The notes beneath the pieces were generated by a model. That model was given only the letters and a program-made list of their open reading frames with translations. It was not told the origin of the DNA and made no database searches. Shown piece by piece: positions 30,501-38,973 of a DNA stretch of 64,000 bases; within the stretch, counting starts at the first letter, position 1, and every line of letters begins with the position of its first letter. The DNA is from Thermoplasmatota archaeon (lineage in GTDB: Archaea > Thermoplasmatota > Thermoplasmata > UBA10834): positions 256,001 to 320,000 of the forward strand of contig JBFMHR010000003.1 in assembly GCA_040751795.1 (NCBI GenBank). The letters run 5' to 3'. The position numbers were made by a program, and so were the translations under genes.

Positions 30501-30569
30501 GGCCGCCTGTATGCCGGCGGGGCCGCCGCCCACGACGAGGACGGCGCCGACCTTCTTGTGCTCTGCCAT
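27534..30569 (-). CDS. hdrA: Large HdrA-family flavoprotein, paralog of 18301-21339
   Basis: Same two-module architecture and motifs; 1011 aa. Confidence 0.92.
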   Translation of the reverse strand: MAEHKKVGAVLVVGGGPAGIQAALDLADSGFKVYILEAGLSIGGTMAQLDKTFPTNDCAMCIVSPKLVATGRHENITMLTNAELKKVDGKAGDFKVTLTRRSRYIIEEKCTGCGVCAEHCPVEGLNAFDRELAPAKAIYVPFPQAVPLVYTIDRGLCIGCGICEKFCEAKAISYSEKPDKEEVVEVGSIILSPGYDVFEASKKAEYGHGVYANVLTNIEFERMLSASGPTEGHVIRPSDGDVPKKIAFVQCVGSRDAQTGNTYCSSYCCMAALKQAVIGKEHVPGLDTAIFFMDTRAFGKEFEEYLMRAENEYGVRVLRNNRISKLQEDPATGNVILSYLEGADIAEEAFDLVVLSAGARPPEATGALAKVLGVDLNKFGFCETDELSPVETSVPGVYVCGAFSGPKDIPDSIAQASGAAGKAAALLSESRGTLVTKKEYPKEKEVAGKEPRIGVFVCHCGINIGSVVDVPEVMEYAKTLQHVIVAEQNLYTCSQDTQKKIRETIEKHDLNRVVVASCTPRTHEPLFQNTVKEAGLNKYLFEMANIRDQCSWVHRREPERATEKAKDLVRMAVAKAATLEALPQPRIPVTQSALVIGGGLSGMTAALEIARSGFDVHVVEKSKHLGGHLRRIHRTLIGVDPQETFRKLEKEVMGDPRIKVHLEDTVAEVKGYIGNFETTLGSGEKVQHGAIVVATGAVEHEPEQYLFGKDPKVIRQTDLGEMVSGKDFKAKSVVIIQCVGSRDEEHPNCSRICCSTAMANAMKIKQDHPGTAVYVLYRDIRTFGFREENYNEAARLGVVFLRYDPSSPPRVSEHGGHLTVEVDEQFIEQTVTIRPDYLVLNAAVRPNPDNKDLAQMLKVPLTREGFFLEAHMKLRPVDFATDGIFLCGLAHSPRLIDESISQALAAAARVNTVLSKPFIEAEGVVSEVDPEKCIACGRCEELCEYGAPRVEEVSPGVFKSKINEALCKGCGSCAVACCSRAIRPKHFKTDQIMTMLEALLAPEGKDEEVGA

Positions 30570-30570
30570 G

Positions 30571-31029
30571 TCAGACCCCCTCCCCGTAGATCGGGCCGAG
30601 CCTCTGGAGCTCGGCGACCATCTCCTTCACGACGTTCGCGAACTTCTGCCCCTCGGAGCCCGCTATCCACTCGATCCTGAACCTCTGCGCCTCTATCCCC
30701 GCGTCCTCGAGGAACGATGACAGGAAGTCGCCGCGCATGGCGGCCTTCTCGTTGCCGTTGATGTAGTGGCAGTCCGCCGGGTGGCACCCGGCGACTATGA
30801 CGCCGTCCGCCCCGAGCTCGAAGGCCTTGAGCACGAAGGCAGGGTCCACCCTCCCGGAGCACATGACCCTGACTATCCTCACGTTCGGGGGGTACTGTAT
30901 CCTGGTCGTACCGGCGAGGTCGGCCCCCGCGTACGAGCACCAGTTGCAGCAGAAGGCCACGATCCTCGGCTCGTACCCGGCCTGCTCCTCGGCCGCCTCG
31001 TGCTTCTTCGCGTGCGTGGTCACGGTCAC
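30571..31029 (-). CDS. mvhD: MvhD/FlpD [2Fe-2S] subunit
   Basis: GTGA overlap with the hdrB stop; FCCNWCSYAGAD, GCHPADCHY. Confidence 0.9.
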   Translation of the reverse strand: MTVTTHAKKHEAAEEQAGYEPRIVAFCCNWCSYAGADLAGTTRIQYPPNVRIVRVMCSGRVDPAFVLKAFELGADGVIVAGCHPADCHYINGNEKAAMRGDFLSSFLEDAGIEAQRFRIEWIAGSEGQKFANVVKEMVAELQRLGPIYGEGV

Positions 31030-31943
31030 GACCCCCTGAGCTTCCGCAGGAGCGAGTGGGCCGACACGTGGTGCGTGTCGAAGCCCAGCGAGATCGGGTC
31101 TATGCCCATGGCGAGCGCCTGGAACTGGGAGACGTGCATCACGGGGATGCCGTCCTTGGAGAAGGCCTTCTGGGCGTTGTCGAACTGGAGGAGGCAGAAC
31201 GGGCAGCCCGTGACGACGCAGTCCGCGCCCACGGCCCCGATCTTCCTGCACTTGTCCTCGGTGAGCGAGTTGGCCAGGTCCACGACGTGCGACCTCACGC
31301 CGCCGCCCGCGCCGCAGCAGTCGAGCTTGTCGTCGTAGTCCACGCTCGTCGCGCCGCACGCCTCGACTATGTTGTCCAGGAGGACGGGGTTGTTGGGGTC
31401 GTCTATGGTCCTGCTCTCGGTCGGCCTGAGGTAGTGGCAGCCGTAGTGGACCGCGACCCTGATGTTCTTCAGCGGCCGCTTCACCTTCGCCTGGATGGCC
31501 TCGATCCCGATGTCCTTGGCCATGAGCTCGATGTAGTGCCGGACGGTGACGGGCTCGAAGACCCTCCTCTTCCCCTCGCTCTTCTTCGGCACGCCGGTGT
31601 ACTTCTTGCCGACCTGCGCCAGGACCCTGTTCACCTTGCCCATGCTCTTCGGGTCCTTGAGGTACTCGGTGGCCTTCATGAGGGACGTCAGGCAGCCGTT
31701 GCAGACCGTCAGGATGTCCCTCCTCTCGTCCTGCGCCAGGACGAGGTTCCTCGCCGCGAGGAGCAGCCAGGTCTCCTTGTCGGTGGAGTAGAATATCCCC
31801 GGGACGGGGCAGCACGAGAACTCGGGTATGTCCTTGACGTCGAGGTCGAAGCCGTCCTTGCCGCAGACCCATCTCACGGCGTACTCGATGCCCGGGTACC
31901 TGTTGGGTATGACGCACCCGAAGAAGTAGGCGTAGGACGTCAC
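31026..31943 (-). CDS. hdrB: Heterodisulfide reductase subunit B
   Basis: YFFGCVIPNRYPGIE, SCCPVPG, CNGC, HYGCH, CCGAGGGVRS, CPFC. Confidence 0.92.
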   Translation of the reverse strand: MTSYAYFFGCVIPNRYPGIEYAVRWVCGKDGFDLDVKDIPEFSCCPVPGIFYSTDKETWLLLAARNLVLAQDERRDILTVCNGCLTSLMKATEYLKDPKSMGKVNRVLAQVGKKYTGVPKKSEGKRRVFEPVTVRHYIELMAKDIGIEAIQAKVKRPLKNIRVAVHYGCHYLRPTESRTIDDPNNPVLLDNIVEACGATSVDYDDKLDCCGAGGGVRSHVVDLANSLTEDKCRKIGAVGADCVVTGCPFCLLQFDNAQKAFSKDGIPVMHVSQFQALAMGIDPISLGFDTHHVSAHSLLRKLRGS

Positions 31944-32524
31944 GGGTTCACCTCCGACTCGATGCCGATGAGCTTGTCGTACTTGGAGGCGTGGACGAGG
32001 ACGCCGATCTCCCTGAGGACGTTCTTGAAGCCCGGGCTGAACGTGTGGATCTCGCCGAGGCCCAGCTCCTTCCTTATCTTGTTGATCTCCTCGTCGGGCT
32101 TGACGCTCTGGCCGTACCTGACCAGGTTGGTGGCCGCGACCTTTATGAACGGCGGTATGACGCCCTCGCGGACGGCGATGTGCCTCAGCGCGATCATGAC
32201 CTCGGCCGGGTTGATGTCGGCGGGGCAGTGCTCGTAGCACCTGTAGCACGTGGCGCAGACCCACCTGGTGCCGAGCGTGTAGTTCTTCAGCCCGAACTGG
32301 CAGAACTTCATGATGCTCCTGGTCTTGTAGTCGATCTTGAGGCTGATGGGGCACACGCCGGTGCAGTTGCCGCACTGGAGGCAGGTCATGACGTCCTTGC
32401 CGCTGTACTTCTTGATCTCCTTGGCGAAGCCGGGCTCCAGCTGGGACTCGTCGATGACCTTCTCCTCGACCAGCTCCTCCTTGAGCCCGCTGATGAAAGT
32501 CTTCTCGACCTCTCCCATGCTCAC
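31940..32524 (-). CDS. hdrC: Heterodisulfide reductase subunit C
   Basis: CLQCGNCTGVCP and CATCYRCYEHCP. Confidence 0.9.
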   Translation of the reverse strand: MSMGEVEKTFISGLKEELVEEKVIDESQLEPGFAKEIKKYSGKDVMTCLQCGNCTGVCPISLKIDYKTRSIMKFCQFGLKNYTLGTRWVCATCYRCYEHCPADINPAEVMIALRHIAVREGVIPPFIKVAATNLVRYGQSVKPDEEINKIRKELGLGEIHTFSPGFKNVLREIGVLVHASKYDKLIGIESEVNP

Positions 32525-34608
32525 ACCTCCGCCCCGGCCTTCTTCTTGGCCGCCCTAGGGTGCCCGTTCGCGGACAGGGCCGCGACGAGCTCCGAGCATA
32601 TCTGGTCGTCGGTGAACTGCCTGGCGGTGATGGCCGTCTGCGGGCACGAGGCCGCGCAGGTGCCGCAGCCGTGGCACAGGGCCTCTATGATCCTGGCCCT
32701 GGTCCTCCCCTCCTCGTTCTGGAAGAGCTCGGGGGCGCCGTACGGGCACAGCTCCGTGCACAGGCCGCACCCGACGCACAGCGACTCGTCTATCTGGACC
32801 GTTATGGGCTCGACCCTGACCTTGCCGGTGAGCATCAGCGCCGCCGCGGACGACGCGGCCGCCTTGGCCTGGGCCACGGAGTCGGGGATGTCCTTCGGCG
32901 CCTGCGCGCACCCGGCCAGGAAGACGCCGTCCGTGGCGGTGTCGACCGGCCTGAGCTTCGGGTGCGCCTCGGCGAAGAACCCGTCGGCGCTGACCGGGAG
33001 GCTGAGGATCTTGCCGATGCGCTTGCTCCCCTCGGACGGGAGCAGCCCCACGGAGAGGACGACCAGGTCGAACTGCCTCTCGGTGATCTTGTTCAGCAGG
33101 GTCTCCTCGGCCCTGATCATTATGCTCTTGGTCTCGGGGTCCTGGCTCAGCTTCGCCGGCCTGCCCCGGATGAACTCGACCCCGAACTCCTCCCTCACCC
33201 TGTGGTAGAGCTCCTCGAAGCCCTTGCCGAACGCCCTGATGTCGTTGTAGTAGACCGCTATCTCGGTCTCGGGCTCGTGCTCCTTGATGATCTGGGCGTT
33301 CTTGATGGCGTACATGCAGCAGACGCGGGAGCAGTAGTTCCTGTCGATCTTCTTGTTCCTGGACCCGACGCACTGTATGAACGCCACGCGCTTCGGGACC
33401 TTCTTGTCCGAGGGGCGTATGAGGTGCCCGCCGGTCGGGCCGGAGGCGTTGAGGAGCCTCTCCAGCTCCAGGGCGGTGATGACGTTCTCGTACTCCCAGT
33501 ACTTGTAGACGCCCTTCTTCATGGGCACGTATGTCTCGAAGCCGGTCGCGACGATGATCGTGCCGACCTTGAGGTCGAGGACCTCGTCCTCCATCTTGTG
33601 GTCGATGGCCTTGTTGGCGCACTCCTTGACGCAGAGGAGGCACTTGCCGCTCTTGAAGTGCAGGCAGTTCTCCTTGTCGACGGTGTACTTGAGGGGCACG
33701 GCCTGCGGGAAGGGGACGTATATGGCCTTCCTCTTGCCGAAGCCCATGTCGAACTCGTTCTCCACCTTCACGGGGCAGACCTCGGCGCAGACGCCGCAGC
33801 CGACGCACTTGTCCTCGTGCACGAACCTGGCCTTGCGCCGGACCTTGACGTCGTAGTTGCCGATGTAGCCCTTGACGTCCTCGACCTCGGAGTAGGACAG
33901 GAGGGTGACGTTGGGGTGCCTGGCGAGCTCGACCATCTTCGGGGCGAGTATGCAGATCGCGCAGTCGCCCGTGGGGAAGGTCTTGTCCAGCTGGGCCATG
34001 ACGCCCCCGATGCTCGGCTTGGACTCGACCAGGTAGACCTTGAAGCCCATGTTGGCGAGGTCGAGCGTGGCCTGTATGCCGGCGACGCCGCCTCCAACGA
34101 CCAGCGCCTTGGGCTCGACCGGCACCTCCCTCGACTCCAGGGGGGCGAGCCTCGCGGCCTTCGAAACCCCCATGCGGACGAGGTCTATGGCCTTCTCGGT
34201 GGCCTTCTCCTTCTCCTGGTTGTGGACCCAGGAGCACTGCTCCCGGATGTTGACCATGTGGAGCACATACGGGTTCAGGCCGGCCCTCTGGATGCAGGCC
34301 CTGAAGGTCGGCTCGTGCATCCTGGGTGAACAGGACGCGATGACGACGCGGTCGACGTTGGCCTCCTTGATCGCCTTGACGATCTCCTCCTGGCCTAGGT
34401 CGGAGCACGTGTACTTGTTGTCCCTGGCGACGACGACCCCGGACATCTTCGCCGCCTCCTCGGTGACCTTCGGGCAGTCCACCACTCCAGCTATGTTGCT
34501 GCCGCAGTGGCACACGAAGACCCCGATCCTGGGCGTGGTCGTCTCGGCTTGGGTTGTCTTTTCCGTGCTTGTCAAAGGTTCCTCTTTCAGAGGCTCGGGC
34601 GACCCCAT
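32521..34608 (-). CDS. hdrA: Canonical heterodisulfide reductase subunit A
   Basis: IGVFVCHCGSNI, GGGVAG, LDKTFP, inserted ferredoxin, EAHPKLRPVD, C-terminal ferredoxin; RBS GGAGGGG before ATG 34608. Confidence 0.93.
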   Translation of the reverse strand: MGSPEPLKEEPLTSTEKTTQAETTTPRIGVFVCHCGSNIAGVVDCPKVTEEAAKMSGVVVARDNKYTCSDLGQEEIVKAIKEANVDRVVIASCSPRMHEPTFRACIQRAGLNPYVLHMVNIREQCSWVHNQEKEKATEKAIDLVRMGVSKAARLAPLESREVPVEPKALVVGGGVAGIQATLDLANMGFKVYLVESKPSIGGVMAQLDKTFPTGDCAICILAPKMVELARHPNVTLLSYSEVEDVKGYIGNYDVKVRRKARFVHEDKCVGCGVCAEVCPVKVENEFDMGFGKRKAIYVPFPQAVPLKYTVDKENCLHFKSGKCLLCVKECANKAIDHKMEDEVLDLKVGTIIVATGFETYVPMKKGVYKYWEYENVITALELERLLNASGPTGGHLIRPSDKKVPKRVAFIQCVGSRNKKIDRNYCSRVCCMYAIKNAQIIKEHEPETEIAVYYNDIRAFGKGFEELYHRVREEFGVEFIRGRPAKLSQDPETKSIMIRAEETLLNKITERQFDLVVLSVGLLPSEGSKRIGKILSLPVSADGFFAEAHPKLRPVDTATDGVFLAGCAQAPKDIPDSVAQAKAAASSAAALMLTGKVRVEPITVQIDESLCVGCGLCTELCPYGAPELFQNEEGRTRARIIEALCHGCGTCAASCPQTAITARQFTDDQICSELVAALSANGHPRAAKKKAGAEV

Positions 34609-34719
34609 GGTTCCCCCTCCTACTCGACTTGCCGCGTCGAAGTGCCGGATGGCCCGAGTGACCCCGCGGGAAGGCACCATTTCCTGCCGACTGGCGCTCC
34701 CACTCAGACCAGGTGTCGG

Positions 34720-34905
34720 ACGAGTGCAGATAATAAAGAGGTGCTTAATATAGGTTTCGTTGCGCGTCTTTCGAAAAACGCAGGCCTCCAGGCGATAATC
34801 GTTAAAGTTGCCGTGGCGGGTTGTAGGTTCAATTTCAGCGATGGGCTCAGAATTTCGAAAATCGTATAATTGACGTTTCTCGTTGCCCCCTTTCGCAACG
34901 AACCT
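34720..34905 (-). promoter_or_regulatory. AT-rich promoter/regulatory region of the hdr cluster
   Basis: Minus strand CAACGAAAC-CTATATTAAG (BRE-TATA-like, ~34744-34762); TTTCGAAA palindromes at 34769 and 34853. Confidence 0.55.
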
Positions 34906-35040
34906 GCGCCCGCCATCGTGAGGCGGACGTCCTGTAAAGAGTTTTCTGAGGCCGTGTTCCCGGGTGCCAAGGCCCGGGCGACGGCCTTCGTACCTTCTGC
35001 CCGTAAGGCGCCGCGGCCATGTGCCCCGCGCCTGCCGCCC

Positions 35041-36123
35041 TCAGGCCCCCTTCTTCCGGTACCTGTGGGCGATGTAGCAGCTCCCCTCGCGGGACACCAT
35101 GCAGGGGCCCATTGGGGTCGCAGGGGTGCAGGCGTTGCCGAACAGGGGGCACTCCTCGCTCGTCAGGATGCCTCGCAGCATCTCCCCGCACCTGCAGCCC
35201 TCCACCTCGCCGTACTCCTTCTCCTCCACGGGCCTGAGCAGGTCCTCGAACCTCCGCCTCGCGTCGTGCGCCTCGAACCTGCGCCTCAGGGCGAGCCCGC
35301 TGCCTGGTATGATCGGGAAGCCCCTCCAGAGGACGTCGGACGGCTCGAACACGTCGTCAATCGCCTTCACCGCCGTCGGGTTCCCTTCGCGGTGGACCAC
35401 CCTGGTGTACTCGTTCTCGACCTCAGCCCTGCCCTCCTGGACCTGGCGGGCCAGCATGTACACGGCCATGAGGAGGTCGAGCGGCTCGAAGCCCGCGACG
35501 ACCTGCGGGATCTTGTACTGCTTGGACAGGAACTCGTACGGCTTCGTGCCGATGATGGTGCTCACGTGCCCGGGCTGGATCATGCCCTGGAGCCTCACCT
35601 CCCCCATGCCGGCGATGGCCGCCAGAGCGGGGGGCACGGTCCTGTGGCAGCTGATGACGGAGAAGTTGTCGGGCGGGTCGGAGAGGACCGCCGAGGCGGT
35701 CGTCGGCGCCGTCGTCTCGAACCCGATGCCCATGAAGACCACCTCCTTCCTCGACCTCCTCGCGAGGGCGACGGCATCGTCCACGCCGAACACTATGTGC
35801 ACGTCCGCCCCTTCGGCCTTCGCATCGTTGAGTGAGCCCTCCTCGCCCGGGACCTTCATGACATCGCCGAAGGCCGCGACGGTGACGCCCGCCCTGGCAA
35901 GGGCGAGCACCTCCTCCACCTCCTTGGGCGGCGTGACGCAGACGGGGCACCCTGGCCCCTGCCTTATGTCGACGCCGACGCGCCTGAACTCGGTGTCGAG
36001 CCCGAACCTCATCAGGGTGTCCTGGTGGGTCCCGCAGACGTGCATGACCGTGAGGTCGAGCCCCATGGATTCGAGCCTGTCGAGGACCTTCCTCGATGTC
36101 TCCCTGTCCCTCAGCTTATACAT
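35041..36123 (-). CDS. hypD: Hydrogenase maturation protein HypD
   Basis: HVCGTH, GPGCPVC, GFETT, PGHVS, GPCMVSREGSC. Confidence 0.95.
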   Translation of the reverse strand: MYKLRDRETSRKVLDRLESMGLDLTVMHVCGTHQDTLMRFGLDTEFRRVGVDIRQGPGCPVCVTPPKEVEEVLALARAGVTVAAFGDVMKVPGEEGSLNDAKAEGADVHIVFGVDDAVALARRSRKEVVFMGIGFETTAPTTASAVLSDPPDNFSVISCHRTVPPALAAIAGMGEVRLQGMIQPGHVSTIIGTKPYEFLSKQYKIPQVVAGFEPLDLLMAVYMLARQVQEGRAEVENEYTRVVHREGNPTAVKAIDDVFEPSDVLWRGFPIIPGSGLALRRRFEAHDARRRFEDLLRPVEEKEYGEVEGCRCGEMLRGILTSEECPLFGNACTPATPMGPCMVSREGSCYIAHRYRKKGA

Positions 36124-36490
36124 CCGGCACCACGACCCTGAGGTTCTTCACGGTGCATTCCCTCCCGCCAGAAATCCTGGCGAGCCCGCCGCACTTAGGG
36201 CACTCGAGTATGGGGACAGACCGGTGAGGCGTGTCCTCGGAGGGGGACATGGCCCCCCTGAACCCGCAGTCGCACTCGATGGTCCCCTTGACTGGGACGA
36301 TTGTCAGCTTCGACCCCTTGAGGATGCTGTCCTTGGTGAGCACCTCGTAGGCGAACCTGAGCTGCTCCTCGCCGAGCATGGTGAACTCCCCGAGCTCGAG
36401 GACCACCTCCTCGACCCTCTCGGCCTTCCACTTCCTGGCCTCATCGACGATGCCATCGACCATCTGGCTCATGACGGAGAACTCGTGCAT
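36116..36490 (-). CDS. hypA: Nickel metallochaperone HypA
   Basis: MHEFS, CDC, CPKC, GRE. Confidence 0.92.
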   Translation of the reverse strand: MHEFSVMSQMVDGIVDEARKWKAERVEEVVLELGEFTMLGEEQLRFAYEVLTKDSILKGSKLTIVPVKGTIECDCGFRGAMSPSEDTPHRSVPILECPKCGGLARISGGRECTVKNLRVVVPDV

Positions 36491-36493
36491 CGC

Positions 36494-36721
36494 CTAGGCC
36501 CCCGTGTCCCCCTGCGAGAGGAGCTGCCGGAACAGATCCAGGGTCTTCTCGGCATCCTCCCTGTCGAGTATCTCTATGGCGTAGCCGGCGTGGACGATGA
36601 CGAAGTCCCCGACCTTCGCGTCGACGAGCGACACGTTGGCGGTCCTGGTCACGCCGCCGAAGTCGACGGTCGCCATCACGCCGTCTATGGACTTGACCTC
36701 GGCTGGGACGGCAAGGCACAT
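36494..36721 (-). CDS. hypC: Hydrogenase chaperone HypC
   Basis: MCLAVP, VGDFVIVHAGYAI. Confidence 0.95.
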   Translation of the reverse strand: MCLAVPAEVKSIDGVMATVDFGGVTRTANVSLVDAKVGDFVIVHAGYAIEILDREDAEKTLDLFRQLLSQGDTGA

Positions 36722-36756
36722 CGGACGGTCAGTATGTGGGTCCCGTTGATAAACAT

Positions 36757-38964
36757 TTAGCCGAGCCGCGCGCCAGCTATCGCGTTCTGGCCGGTCGATA
36801 TCCCGCCGTCCCCGTTGGGGACCCTCTCATCCCCGACGAACTCGAGCCCCCTCGCCTCGACCGCCTGCTTCACCCACGCGGTCACGGGCCCGCTGAACGA
36901 CACGCCGCCGGTGAGGCCAACCTGTCTCAGCCCCTCCGACGAGGCGCGGTCACAAGCCCGGTCCGCGAGTCCCGAAACGAGCGTCTTCACGAACGATGCG
37001 GCTGCGTCCGCCCTCTCCCGGTCGGACTCGGGTTTGAGCCCCATGAGCTGCGACAGCATCGGCACGGTCTGGGCCACTTCCACCTTCCCGTCCATCCTGA
37101 ACTCCAGGTCGAAGAGTACGTCGGGCCTCCCCGCCTCCAGCCACCTCTCGAGCTTGATCGCCGGCTCGCCCTCGTAGGTCCTCCTGCAGCAGACGCCCAG
37201 GATGCACGAGACCGCGTCGAGGACGCGGCCCATGCTCGAGGCCGTCACGCTCCTCGGGAGCATCTTCGCGTAGATGTCTGCGGCCTCCCCGTCGACCATC
37301 GTCGGCTCCATCCCCGCCATGAGCTGCACTGCGGTGACGACCCTCCTAGGATCGGTCACAGCCCTGTCACCGCCGAGTAGCGGGATACCCTGGAGGGTCC
37401 CGAACCGCACATAGCCGTCGTAGTCCGCGACCATGCTCTCCCCCCCCCACGAGGTCCCGTCGTCGCCGTAGCCAGTGCCGTCCCAGGTGAGGCACGCGAG
37501 CGGCCCATCGATGCCCCTGTCTATCTTGAGCGCGGCCGCGTGCGCGTGGTAGTGCTGCGTCTCGAACATCGGGCAACCGAACTCCTTCGCGAGCCTGCGC
37601 GCTACGATGCGGGTCGAGTACCTCGGGTGCTTGTCGAGGCCTATGGCCTCGACCTCCTTCACTCCGAGCAGCCTCGCGAGGTGGTGGACCGCGTCGTCGA
37701 GGTACTGCAGCGTAGGGTGCTGCTGCGACTCGCCGACGTACTGTGTCAGGAACACCTCGCCGTTCCTGCTGACCGAGCCGGTGACGTCCCACTGGGCCCC
37801 GACACCGACCACGGAGCGCCCGTGGTTCGCCTTGATCGGGACGGGGACGAACCCCCTGGACTTGCGCGTGAAGTTGGTCAGCCCGGAGTTGACCTTGACG
37901 ACCGTGTCGTCGCACCGGTGGATGATCCGCCTGTTGTGCAGGAGGTAGGCGTCGAGCCCCAGCTCGAACGCCTTCTCGTTCTCGACCACCATCGGCTCGC
38001 CCGGCGGGTTGGCCGAGGTCATTATCACCCCGTCGGCCCTGAGGTGCCTGAACATGAGCAGGTGCGCTGCGGAGTAGGGGAGCATGACGCCGACGTTGCC
38101 GAGGCCGGGCGAGACCTTCTCCAGCTCCTCGGCCCTCTCCGGCCTCTTGCGCAGAAGGACAATCGGGCGCTGCGGGGATGTCAGGAGCACCCGCTCCTGG
38201 TCGCCAACGGCGGCGTATTCCTCGACGGTGCGGAGGTCCCGCATCATGACCGCGTAGGGCTTGTCACCGCGCCGGTAGACCTTCCTCAGCCTCGGGGCGT
38301 TCGAGAGGGTGCAGACTATGTGCATGCCGCCCCACCCCTTGAGGAGGCCGACGGAGCCGCCGTCCACCCTCTTCGCGAACTCCTCGAACGGGTCGCCCGG
38401 GACGACGTCCCGGGCGTTATCATATAACGTGTACGTAGGGCCGCATGCCGGGCAGGACAGGGTCTGCGCGTGGAACCGCCGGTCCTCGGGCGACAAGTAC
38501 TCCCCGTGACACGACGGGCATGGGGGGAAGTCCGACATGCTCGTCCTCGCCCTGTCGAACGGCACATCTGCAATGACGGTGAACCTCGCCCCGCACTCCG
38601 TGCAGTTGGTGAAGGGGAAGAGGTGCCTCCTGTTCCCCTCCTCGTTGAAGTCGTCGGCGCATCGCTGGCATATCGCGGTGTCGGTCGGGATGAGGGACAC
38701 TCTCCTCCCATCTGTGCTCTCCGCGATTCTGAACTCCCCGAGCTCTTCCTCGGTGTCCTCGATGTCCGCCCGGTCGATCCTGGCCAGCGACGGCAGCGCC
38801 TCCCTTAGGCGCCGGAGGAACTCCTCGGCGTCCCTGTCGACGTGGACCTCGACGTTGGAGCCGTTGTTCAGGACGTACCCCTTCAGGCCCATGGCCTTCG
38901 CGACCCTGAACACGGTGGGCCTGAAGCCGACCCCCTGGACTACGCCGTACACGGTTACCTTCAT
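36757..38964 (-). CDS. hypF: Carbamoyltransferase HypF
   Basis: GVVQGVGFRP, zinc fingers, QHYHAH, DGTGYG, NGDGGISTGQ. Confidence 0.95.
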   Translation of the reverse strand: MKVTVYGVVQGVGFRPTVFRVAKAMGLKGYVLNNGSNVEVHVDRDAEEFLRRLREALPSLARIDRADIEDTEEELGEFRIAESTDGRRVSLIPTDTAICQRCADDFNEEGNRRHLFPFTNCTECGARFTVIADVPFDRARTSMSDFPPCPSCHGEYLSPEDRRFHAQTLSCPACGPTYTLYDNARDVVPGDPFEEFAKRVDGGSVGLLKGWGGMHIVCTLSNAPRLRKVYRRGDKPYAVMMRDLRTVEEYAAVGDQERVLLTSPQRPIVLLRKRPERAEELEKVSPGLGNVGVMLPYSAAHLLMFRHLRADGVIMTSANPPGEPMVVENEKAFELGLDAYLLHNRRIIHRCDDTVVKVNSGLTNFTRKSRGFVPVPIKANHGRSVVGVGAQWDVTGSVSRNGEVFLTQYVGESQQHPTLQYLDDAVHHLARLLGVKEVEAIGLDKHPRYSTRIVARRLAKEFGCPMFETQHYHAHAAALKIDRGIDGPLACLTWDGTGYGDDGTSWGGESMVADYDGYVRFGTLQGIPLLGGDRAVTDPRRVVTAVQLMAGMEPTMVDGEAADIYAKMLPRSVTASSMGRVLDAVSCILGVCCRRTYEGEPAIKLERWLEAGRPDVLFDLEFRMDGKVEVAQTVPMLSQLMGLKPESDRERADAAASFVKTLVSGLADRACDRASSEGLRQVGLTGGVSFSGPVTAWVKQAVEARGLEFVGDERVPNGDGGISTGQNAIAGARLG

Positions 38965-38973
38965 CGGCTACCC

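Noticed and set aside
27612-30680. 1022-aa plus-strand ORF and similar long antisense or alternate-frame ORFs (e.g. 18332-21157, 19102-21597)
   Set aside because: Stop-poor shadow frames expected at high GC3; no recognisable motifs
14936-34608. Selenocysteine or pyrrolysine recoding in Mvh/Hdr genes
   Set aside because: The metal-ligand motifs I checked are Cys and the ORFs are full length with no interrupting in-frame TGA or TAG
34704-34970. 88-aa ORF upstream of hdrA
   Set aside because: Lies in the AT-rich promoter region with atypical codon usage and no motif
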